From Geosiphon pyriformis uo1 (lineage: Eukaryota > Fungi > Glomeromycota): a DNA stretch of 64,000 bases. The number at the start of each line of letters is the position of its first letter. The first letter of the stretch is position 1. Made by a program: the position numbers and the translations under genes. The notes beneath the pieces are model-generated. The model worked only from the letters and a program-made list of their open reading frames with translations, made no database searches and was not told where the DNA came from. The stretch is from NCBI GenBank assembly GCA_016748015.1, contig JAAOMT010000200.1, positions 246,984 to 310,983 of the forward strand, in the 5' to 3' direction. Below are positions 1 to 10,904 of this stretch, one piece after another.

Positions 1-2851
1 TAGTATTTTTTTTTAAAAAAAAATGTTTTTGTTAATAATATAAAACACTTAAATAATAATAAAAATTAGTCTTTAATTAAGTCTTTAAATAATAATAGTA
101 TGTTTTTTAATACAGAGAAGTTAAATAACAAAAATAATAGTGCTTTCTTAGCTGATAGTTATAAATTTAATAATAAAGCAAAGATTTTTTGAATTTTACT
201 TTGAATATTTTTAATACTAAGTAAATTAATATTAATATAATAAATGATATTTTTTTTGAATCTTTTAATTTTAATATTAATAACAAAAAAATGGTTTTTT
301 TTCTTAATATTTTTTTGATTAATTTAAAAATTATAAAAACATTTGTAAAAATCTTCATAAAAAAATTATATATTTTGAATATTAATTTTTTAGTAATTAA
401 AAATAAGTTAGCTACAACAAAAATAAAAATTATTAAGAAAATTTTTTTATTAATTAATAGATTTAAAAAAGCTACTTAATATTTTAATATTTGGTTTAAT
501 TTAATTTAAATTCAATTAAACTATTAAATTAAACTAAAATTTTAGCTAAATTTAAACTTAAACTTGAATTTGAATTTAAAATAAACTTAAAATCACTAAA
601 CTTGAATAAATTAAGTTTAAAGTTTATAAATATGTTTAGATTTGACTATTAAAAATAATATTATATTATTAATCAATTTTTTTTTTAATAATTTTTGTAT
701 TTATAATTAAAAATATTGTATTGTTTTTATAATTTTAGACACTAAACAAAATTTTATATCTGTAACTATATTTTTATTTGTAAAAAAAATATATAAAACA
801 AAAAAATTGTGTTTAATGTACTTAAATATTGAATTTTTATTAAAAATAATAATTTAAATAAATATTTTTTGCAATATATTTTTATTATATTATTATATCT
901 ATTTTTTTATTAGTTATTTTTTTAAAAATATAATAATTAATTTTATCAAGTTTATTATTATTATTATTATCAAAGTTTATTTTTAATATAAACTATATAA
1001 CTAATATTATAATATTATTAAAAGTGTTATTTAATAAAAAACTATTATTTAATATAAGTATAATAGTTAATATATACTTTATTTTAAAAAAAGTATATAT
1101 TTTAAAAATTTATTTATGTTATTTTTTGTTATAATATATATTATTTAATAAAAAGCTTTTAAATAATATTATAAAAATTTGATAATACTTGTAATTTTAC
1201 AAAAAAATAGTTTATACACATATTTTGAAACTATATATATAATAAAACCTTCTTTTTTTCCTATGTTTCAAATTCCTGAAATAGTGTATTTTTAAAGAAG
1301 TTTTTGTTTTTTCATCTGTTTTTATCTTTTACTTTTGCTTAATTTTCACAATTTTTTAATTCACAAATCTTTTCATTGTCCCTTTAGCATCTGATGCTGT
1401 CAACATTATGTTCATGAAGAAATCGGCCAGAAGTGCTACTACAAGTTCTGTGAGTAGTAGTCTGAGGCAAAAATCAAAGGTTTTGCTTGGTAAAGTTAAA
1501 TACTCAGATGATAAAGCTGATTTATCTTTCAAATTACCTATAAGTAAGCCCGACCAGTACAAAAACATGAATACCTCTTCCAAAAAAAAGTTGGGACACA
1601 AATTGAGCAAGAACTTAGGCTATGATGCTGGCAGTGAGAGTGATGGGCTGTTGGACTCTCATATCAACACCCCAAAGGCTAAATGCTTTAAATTTAATAC
1701 AGTAAAAGTTCCATCTTTGAAGCCCTGTGACTTTGGCTCTGCCATTAATGATGTCAACATAGACTTACTTCTCCCTGTTTTTTTGGAATTCTCTCTTCAT
1801 TCGGTCACTTCTGTCAAGGAGAGACTCTGCTTTGAACCAACCAAATCTTTTGCACTCGATATTGGTTTGTCAGCCATTCCCAGAAATACTCTGCATGACA
1901 AACTCAAGAGTGTCAAGAAGCTGTTTTACAAAGTTGATGGTTTTGGGGGTGTGTTGACTCCATCAAAATTTCCAGGTATTGTTAGAATGTCTTTCACGTC
2001 TGAATTCAGTTTCACTTTGGTTAAACAGTTGGCTGTGTCTGAGAATCTTGTTGTCAATGCTGATCTAAAAAAGATCAGCATACGATCAGATTAGGAAATT
2101 ATTATCAAAGAAATTCCGGTTAATCTGCTCAAATTGGTGATTGAGTCAGCTTTGGTCAAGTATAAGAAAATTTTTTCAATCAAAATGCAGCTGATTGGTC
2201 TCTGACAGAAAGTGCTTGTGGAGTTTGAGAGTTCTCAGGTTACTGACCTGGTTGCATCCAAATAGTCAATCTTGCTGGGTAAGGACTCAGTGCAGGTTGC
2301 CAAAGCCAATACCAACAAACAAACGTGGGATTTAAGGGACAGCTATTGCACTCTCCTATACACTCTGCTGATAGGCACAACTGTCCACAATCTCTTGAAT
2401 CTGGTCCAGTTGTATGGTGGAAAGACTTGCTGTATTTCTAGAAATTTGGTATCTTATGCATGAGCCCAATGTGCTGTTGTATGTATTGACTCTGAAGAAG
2501 CCAGAGAGGCTGCCATTTGCTCTATGCCAGTGTTTAAGGGTATCAACTTCATCTGGGCTGGTTTGTCATTTCTTAAGTGTGCCACATGTGGTAACTTTGG
2601 TCATGTTTTCTCTGGATGTAGCAGTAGTGAGAAAACCTTTGGGCTGGGTTTCAAAAAAAGATTTCTTTGTTCCAATTTGGATAAAAAATGTCTTGTGCTC
2701 ATCTATGCCAAAAAACAAGCTCCCGTGTCTTGTTTTGTCTCCTTTGGTGGTGCAACTTGGGCTTCTGTAGTAAGTGGCTCCCCTAAAAATTTGTCTTCTA
2801 CACTGTTTGTTGAAACCAATATGAACATAGAACTGGTTGGCGGTTCAATGC

Positions 2852-3829
2852 TGTTACTCATAAAATATAGAAAGTATATTAGCATATAAATTAGCCAATC
2901 ATAGATAGATGTAGTAAATGTAGAATTCCAGGATTCTTTTCAAAGGAATTACAAGATTCCAGGAATTGCAGGATTCTCACACAAGGAATTGCAAGATTCC
3001 AGAATTCCAGGATTCCTCTCAAAAGAATTGCAGAATTCCAGGAATTCCAGGATTTCTGACATAAAGAATTGAGGAATTGAGGAATCTCAAATACATATAT
3101 ATAGCAGTAATATCAGAAGTTAGAAAATTAGTCAATGGGACTTAGAGTCAATTGATTTGTGGAGTCAATTAGACTCATAGAATTAATTAAACTCGCAAAA
3201 TCATAATTATTAAAATTAAAAAAAAAAAGAATCCTTTAGTGAGACCTTCCAGTTTAGATTTCATCTAAATAACCTTTCAATTCACAATTATCAAATAAAT
3301 AATTATTTCATATCTCAAATCTACTCTTCACTATCAACACTTTATGTTGATAGTAATTGATACTTGACCACACTGGAACAATAGCTCTTGATCACAGCTA
3401 TTGACAAATACTAACTTGTGCATTGCCTTGGATTATTTTCTTATTTTTTTTATTTTTTTATTTGCTTTATTTTCTTTTTTTTTGATTTTATTGTTGTGTA
3501 CTAACTGTTTAAAGATTAAAAGTGCTGAATTACTAACGTCAAAAATTGCCTGGTAAAAGATCCTTGCGAGTGGGTAGGACACATACAGTAGATACAGAAT
3601 ACTTACCAGAGGATTGCCGGCCACCATGCCGAGAGAAAAATTGACAGAATTGTGATTCTGGAAAGCTACGGATAAAACAACTATTGAATTTCTGTTCATT
3701 ATACAAAAGACTCCAACAAAACCTTCAGACTACAAAATTTTCAGATTACTATCAAATGTGAACAGCCCTTTGAGCACCAAGTTATGAGTTTGATATTGGA
3801 CTTAAGACCCCAAATTAACAACTGTAACA
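2852..3829 (+). repeat. Solo LTR, Gypsy family 1
   Basis: TGTTAC...GTAACA termini; colinear with the LTRs of element B; TSD ATGC/ACGT (both derivable from ACGC); no PBS follows. Confidence 0.93.
2895..3104 (+). promoter_or_regulatory. LTR U3 promoter: CCAAT box, GGAATTCCA-type repeat block, TATA box
   Basis: AGCCAATC at ~2893-2900 and TATATATAG at 3096-3104; the same arrangement occurs in the other family-1 LTRs. Confidence 0.6.
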
Positions 3830-4212
3830 ACGTCTGAGGTTGCAATTCTAGCTTCATGTGTTAGTGTTCTCAAGCATTTGTTTGAGAATGTGTCTGACCA
3901 GGTAGCTGACATTTCACATAAGTTGGACAGATTGTTGGCAGTTTCATTGGCAAGTTTTGTTGTTTTGCCTACTCTCGAGCATAACCCTATGTTGAATATG
4001 GCTGTTGACACTCTGTTATTTGTTCCTCCTATGCCTAGTGTGATTGCTGCTGTTGCCCAAGACATTTTTCCAAGTGGTTTCCGAGTTTTAACTGCAAAAG
4101 TGGGTGGCTTGAAGACTAGCCTGTTGGTTCTAGAGAATTCAATTAAAATAATAATGAATAAGTTGAACTCTTTTGGTTCTGGCAGTAGTGTGATACTCCA
4201 TTCCCTTTCCCA

Positions 4213-7200
4213 ATGAGTAGTTTAACCTGGAAAATTACTACTTGTAATGTTAGAAATATGAATATTCCTGCTAAGTAGGAAGACATTATTAGATGGCATA
4301 CAGTTTTGAATAATAACATTTCAATAGTTACTGAGACTAAGTTTCACTCCAGTGTCAAGTCTTGGATCACAAATAAGTTTTCTGGTGTGAGAGTATTTAC
4401 TTCAGGTCTGGATGCTGGGTTTTTAGGTGCAGGTGTCGCTTTAATTATGAATGAAAATTTAGCCAGGCATGTTTTAAAAATCTCTGAGATTCTGGGTAGG
4501 CTCTTAATGGTTCGTTTACTATTCAAAAACAAACAATGTGTCTCTGTGTTGGGTTTGTATGTGGAGGCCTCTCAAAATAGACGTACAATTCAGGCTGATC
4601 TTATTAACTCTTTTATAGCCAGGGCTTGTAATAAGAGTACTTTCATTATATTAGGTGGTAATTTTAATGCAGGATGGGAACAAATGTAGCTTTAGCTTTA
4701 GTAAATGTGTGGATCTTGGTTTAGTCAATGCATTAGTTAATTGTCTCTACATTAAGGCTTTTACTTGGAGTAATTTCAGGGGCATTGAAAAGACCATTGA
4801 TTTTGTTTTTATTTCACAGAGTTTGAGTAATGCTTTGATAAATGGATGAGTTGTGGATGTGAATGAGTTCTTCAATACTGATCACAGTTCTGTTCAGATT
4901 ACAATTGGTCTTGGTAGGATTTTGGATCTTGTTTTGAGAGCTATTCATGTTCAAGCCAATAGAAACAAGTAGAAGTTTAATGTCAAAAATGCTGATGGGG
5001 TTAAATGGAAGTGGTATAGAAATGTATTTTGTGAGAATTTTGCCATGTTCTCTAATGAGTTTGCAGATTTTTACTGTTTGTCTGATTTGAATGACATGTG
5101 GTGTGTTATTCGCAAAGCTGTCTGCTTTTCAGCGAATGAAGTTTTCTCAAAGACCTGGTCTAAAAGTTTTGATAGTGATTATACTAAGTGCTCTTTTTGT
5201 TTTTATAGATTGGAACTTTTGGTTTCTAAATTGGTGAAGGCTTCATATTCTGTGTTATCGGATGAGTTTGTTTCCCTTTTAGACATTTGGATCTCTTTGG
5301 ATTTTGTTAATGCTTCTGTTGTCAAATTTCTTTTCCTTTTGGAATCTCATTTTAATGCTATCAGGTAAGCTTTGACAAAGGTTAGAAAATATTATTGTTT
5401 ATTTAAGATGATAGAATCAAAATTTGCTCAGAATTCTCAGATCAAGCTGGCAATTAACAAAAGAATGGAAAACTTTGGGTTGAATAAAGGCCAGACTATT
5501 AGGAGTGTATTTGAAAGACCATTTTACAAAGTTATATTGGACCATTTGGTTGTGAATGAGACCTTATTTTGGAACCTGGTTTGGTTAAATTTCACGTTGA
5601 TAGGATTATGGAGGGATGGACCAAAAAGTGTATAGTAATTGGTGACATTTCAGATGACTGGAGTCACCAGTTTCAACTCTTGGAGTATGTTTTTGATGAT
5701 GCTTTTTCGAATATTATGCACCCAATTGAGGTGGATGAGTTTTTTGGTGTGGTTTTGGATTTGCCTGATAATAAAGCTGCTGGTCTTTCTGGTATTTTGA
5801 ATGAGCTATAGAAACATTGTAACAGGTCTGTTTTAAATTCGCTTTTAGTTCTTTTGAACTTTTGTTTGGTTTGTGAGGCTGTTTCAGACCCTTGAAAAGA
5901 GGTCTGGATGTCTATGATTCCTAAACCCTACAACTGGGAGGGAGTTCTTATGAATATCTGACCTATTGCACTAATTGAGACTGCTTATAAAATTCTCTCC
6001 AAGATTTTTTTTGACAGAATCTCTTTGGTGTGTAGTAAGTATGATGTTCTTTATGATGACAATTTTTTGGTCCTTAAAGGTATGACAATACAGTCTCCTA
6101 TTTTTGCTATTGGTTCAGTAATAGAGAATGCTTTAGAGAAGAATTGCAAACTTTGGTTGGTTTTACAAGACATAAGGAAAGCATATGATTCGGTTGGCTG
6201 AGAACATTTGAGAAGAAGTTTGATCAGAATCAAAATGTGCAGTAGATTTATAAGATTTTTTGGGAATATTCACAATGGCCACACAAACAGAGTGATGACT
6301 GATTTTGACTAATGGTTATAGTGTTTGTAATGACTTGGATTAAAGGAAAGTGTTTTCACCTCTCCTTTGGTGAATTTTTTATAACACTTTGCTGTGTGAG
6401 GTTAAGAGACAAGAGGCAGTGTGTGGCTACAGACTGAACTCGCATTATGTTGCCAAAACTGGTCATGTGAATCTACAGAATGGCTTTATATCTTTTTTTG
6501 CTGCAGGTGCTTTTGTCGATAACACTATATAAGTTAGTTCTAGTCAGGCGACTACACAACACATTCTCAATATTGCCAGTGAATTTTTCAGGTTAAGTGA
6601 TATATTAATTAACAATGACAAGACTGTAATGATCCCAATTAATTGTAGAATGGTAGTGCCTTTTTTATCTATCAGTGATGCTCCTATTTCCATTGCCAAA
6701 AAAGAGGTGTCTCACTGTTATCTGGGTGTTTTTCTCTCTTCTGATGAATTGTCTAAGCCCAGCCTGGCCAAAGCACATTCTAATGTTTGGTTTTTTGCCA
6801 ATTTAGTACTGAAAAAAGCGATTTCAAACAAACAGTTTTCTTACTTAGTTTTAGCAGTTCTTTATTTTATCATTGGTTACAAGACCCAGTTTAGCTTTGT
6901 TTCTGCTAGTGTGTACCAGAAGTGGGATGTTTTGATTCAAAAAGGCCTAAAACTGAAGTCGGGTCTTTCTCTGGATTTTCTTAATAATGTCTTACATCAC
7001 TCTTCATTTTATGGCCTAAAGACTTTTGAGCAAATCTAGGCCGAAGGCAAGGTTGCCGCTATGGTGTGTTTTGCTAACTCTGTTGGAATTTTGGGCCAGT
7101 TGTTTATGCATAGATTGCATGACTTGTAGGTCTCGAGTTGGCATCCAGTATATCCCTTGTGTTTTCCAGTTCACATTAGTGTTAATCCTTTGAACAACTT

Positions 7201-8896
7201 CTTGGCAGGTGTGGTTCGAGTCTTTCTTGACTCTGGTTTATTCTTGGGCAACCTTGTTTGTGATGTTTTTTGCTTCCAAAATAGAACTTCTTTATTTGAG
7301 ATCCTTAGTGAGTCAATGTATTTCAGGTGTCTCCCCTCCCTTTGTCATTATGAAATAGCTTTTGTTGAGCAGCTTTGATGCTGAAATAGTGCTGTCTTTG
7401 ATTGGAAAACTTTCAAGCAGTAGAAGAGGCTCAATCTGCATGGCCCTGTTCCTGTCTGGTTTGCTATTGCTGTTTACCATCTTTATGTTGCTGGTTCTTT
7501 TAATATTGGCTCATCCCCTCTGGTTGTTACTTCTGTAAAAAACATTCTTGATTCCCATAAATTTAGATCAGTACATGATTGGTTGTCTGGTCTTGGTGCC
7601 TTCAATTTTTCTGTGTACACAGATGGTTTTCTTTGTGGCTTGAGAAGCATGAATATGAAAGCTGGTGCTGCCGTGTTCTTTGAAGACATTAACTTGGGTC
7701 TTGGGGTGGAGGTGTTTGGCATAATTTCTTCCACATTAGTAGAGCTTCAGGCCATTGTATTGGCTCTTGAGTGTGTGCCTAGTTCAAGTTCAGTCTATCT
7801 ATTTTCTGACAGCCAAGCTGCACTGAATGCATGTAAATCTGAATTATTATTGTTGGCTCTGGATTTTTGAAACAAATGTTGGGTTGAGCATTAGCACATT
7901 GCTGGAATCATACATAACAAGAATTTGAACATTGGCTGGCATAAGATCAAAGTTCACTCAGATGTTCCAGGTAATAATAGAGCTAACTTGCTTGCTAGTG
8001 TTTCTTCCCATTTGGGCCAGCTCCTTCATTCCTGGTTCAAGAAATGTTTTATCTTGGCTAATGGCAATACTATTTCTGGAAACTCTAGGCACTTTGTTCA
8101 TAATATTTTTTAGTCTATTTATCATGCAAGCTGGGAGGTTGGCTCTGATGCCAAAATTGTGAACAGTTGTATTCTTTCAGATATTGATTGGTGTAAGTTA
8201 TTCCTTGTTTGGCATCCTGACTCTCACATGGCTGCTGGCTTTACAAGTTACCACTCGGCTGGCTTCTGTTCTTATTTTATGAAAGCTTTACATTATAGAC
8301 TACCTGTTGCTGTTTAAAAACACCTCTATAATAAACATTATTTCAGTGTAGTGTGCCTATATTGTGGCAATGTCGAATTGTCGGACCATGTTTTCTCTTG
8401 TATGTTTGATGCAGCTGCTTGGTTCCAGTTGTTTGTTGATTTTGCCTCCACTTGGAAAACTGTTTCTGGTCTGTCTTATGCCTCCTTTCATGTATCACAA
8501 ATGCTATCTAATTGTTTGGCTGATTTGAAGCTTGTTGTCTTATTGTGCAAAAGTTTTGTGCTCATGGATTGGTGCCAGGAGGCCACTTCTTGCTTTAACA
8601 ACTCTAAGGTTGTATCTGGTAAGGTGGTTGAGTTTGTTCGTAGTTTGTGCTTATCTTTTAGGAATGATATTTGGCTGGTCCGTTCCAAGCATTGTGTTTA
8701 TATGAAAAAACATGGTCTGATCCCTTATAATAGTTCGATTCTTGTCTTGGTGTCTGGTGGCATGTCAGTGTTTTCAGCTTGAATGGTTAGACTGCTTGGT
8801 ATTGACAATGCATTTGGTGTTAGTTTTGGGCTGCACAGCTCTTGCTGGTCTTTTTTAGGTATAAGTAATTTGGTTTCTGTGCATGTGAGTGTGTAA
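4213..8896 (+). pseudogene. LINE ORF2: APE endonuclease - reverse transcriptase - RNase H - C-terminal CCHC
   Basis: WKITTCNVR, IVTETK, LGGNFN, KTIDFVF (EN); QDIRKAYDSVG, FSPLL, AGAFVDNT (RT); VYTDG, ELQAI, FSDSQAA, KVHSDVPGNNRAN (RNase H); CLYCGNVELSDHVFSC; many transition-derived stops. Confidence 0.93.
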
Positions 8897-10904
8897 TGTA
8901 GTCCTGATTGGCTTAAGTGGCTAGTTACGTGTAGGAAAAACATGATTCACACCTAATTTAGATCATTATTTTGATGTATTGTCATTAGGCAGTGTTTGGA
9001 CTTTACTCATTAAAATATAAAAAAAATATATATATAATTATTTTTTTTTGTTTACTTAAACTTATTAAAATAGTTTTATTTTTTATTTTGAAAATTATAT
9101 TTACCAAAAATATTAATATTTAAATTATTTAGATCATTAAATTCTATTATTTTAAATTTTAAGTTTTTAATAATATTAAATAATAGGTTTATTTTAGTAA
9201 GTTAAAAAACAGAATTATTATATATATATAATTTTATATACTTTTTAATTGATTATAATAATTAAACAAAGTAATAATTAATAAATAAATAATACAATTT
9301 TTTTTTAATTTTATTAAATTTAAACAAATTTTTAAACTTTAAATCAAATTTAAATTAAATTTAGACTTATTAAAAAGATTCAATTTTAAATTTAAATTAA
9401 ATTTACTTTGAAAATTTGGTTTAGTTAAAGTTTAATAATTAATTTAAAGCATTTTTATTTACTTTTTTAATAAAAATAACTATATATAGTCTTAATACTT
9501 TATTAAATAAAGCTAATAAAAAAAACATGTATTATAATTGATTATTTAATATTAGTATTAAAATATATTATACTACTATATATTTTAAATTTAAAAATAA
9601 TTTAAAATCAGTATTTTAAATAATTTTATTATTTGGCAATATAAATTTTTTATAAATAATTAACTTAAATTTTGCTTATTTTTGTTTTCTATTAATTTAA
9701 TTTTATCTGATTTAAAAATGCTTTATTTTCTTTTAATTATATTTATAAGCTTTTATTTATTCAATTTTAAGTGATTTTTAGAATTTTTATCTAATTAAAT
9801 ATTTAAAATCTTTGGTTAATTAGTCTTTTTTTGTTAATATTACATATTAGTTATTTTAAATTTGGATTTAGTTTAAATATAATTATAGATAACACAAATA
9901 TGTTACTTTTTTATCTGTAAATGGTTTTAAAAAATTTTTTATTACAAGTTTTAATAGTTTTAAAATTTTTATTATTAAAGTTAATAGATTAAAATCTAAG
10001 AATATTGTTCTAAAAGTCTTAGTTAATATTATATTAGAGAAATTAAATTAATTGTTTATTGGTTTTGGTTTTGGTTTATTTTTATTTTTATATTAATTTT
10101 TTTTATTAAATTAAATTTAAATATAATTTATATTATTATATTGGCTAAAATTTTTAATATTATTTTAAATTTATAAAAGTAAAAATATAAAACATTAAAC
10201 TAAATTAAACTACTTTAAATATCTTAAATTAAATTTAATATTTAAATTATAAGTTTTTTAAACTAAATTTTATTATTATATTAAGTCTAAATTTTTTAAT
10301 AAATTTAAATAAATAAAATATTGTTTTATATTATTTAAATTTTTATTAATTTTTAAAGCAGAATTTGAATTTAAATTAATATTAAATTTTAATTTTTATT
10401 ATTTTTTATTATTAATTTTTCAAAATTTAATTAAAATAACTTAAACTTAATATAAAATCTGATTAAAATATTTTAAATAAATAATAATTATATTTTTTTT
10501 GTTTAATTATTTAAACTAATTTTATAGCTAAATAATAAAAATACTGTAAAAATATAGTTTTTAATGTATTAAAATTTGCTAAATTGTTAATAAAACTTTA
10601 ATAATATAATTGGTAATTTTAATTAAAAAGAATAATAATATTTAAATAATATATTAAACATTTTAATTTCTTATTATAATTATTTTTTAACTTTTATAAT
10701 TTACAAATATATATTGTTTTTTTCAAAAAAATTTTAAATTTAATAAAATATAAATAAGTTATGATAATTATTAATAAAAATAAATTTTTATTAATTATAA
10801 AAAAATTTTAAAACAACTAAAAACTAAATTTTTAATTTAAAAATTGGTTAAATATATTAATAATTAAATTTTAATAAATAAATTTGTTTTTTATATAAAA
10901 ATTT

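Larger units (their letters stand above)
1408..4216 (+). pseudogene. LINE ORF1 (RRM-like region, CCHC knuckle, C-terminal coiled coil), interrupted at 2852-3829
   Basis: KSFALDIG...TPSKFPGIVR...FTSE is shared with the ORF1 at 49404; knuckle CATCGNFGHVFSGC; homology resumes after the LTR (TSEVAILAS...); premature stops. Confidence 0.88.
1244..9026 (+). mobile_element. Full-length non-LTR retrotransposon LINE-1w (L1-like RT with RNase H), decayed, with a solo LTR inserted in ORF1
   Basis: 12-bp TSD TATATATATAAT at 1232-1243 and 9027-9038; A-rich tail at ~9012-9026; ORF1 and ORF2 domains in canonical order. Confidence 0.93.

Noticed and set aside
1-1243. Short ORFs 167-358 and 291-479 and similar I/K/L/F/N-rich ORFs (25135, 25309, 44698, 47293)
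   Set aside because: Chance ORFs in extremely AT-rich or LTR DNA; no motifs
3617-3630. Kozak-like GCCGGCCACCATG in the solo LTR, suggesting an LTR-encoded ORF
   Set aside because: A reads ACA and B and C read AAG at this codon, so the ATG seen here (and in F and G) is probably CpG decay of ACG; the downstream frame is not conserved between subfamilies
6505-6530. RT active site FVDN rather than FVDD in two LINEs (also ~63650)
   Set aside because: Single G>A changes with different codons in each copy; expected from the hypermutation
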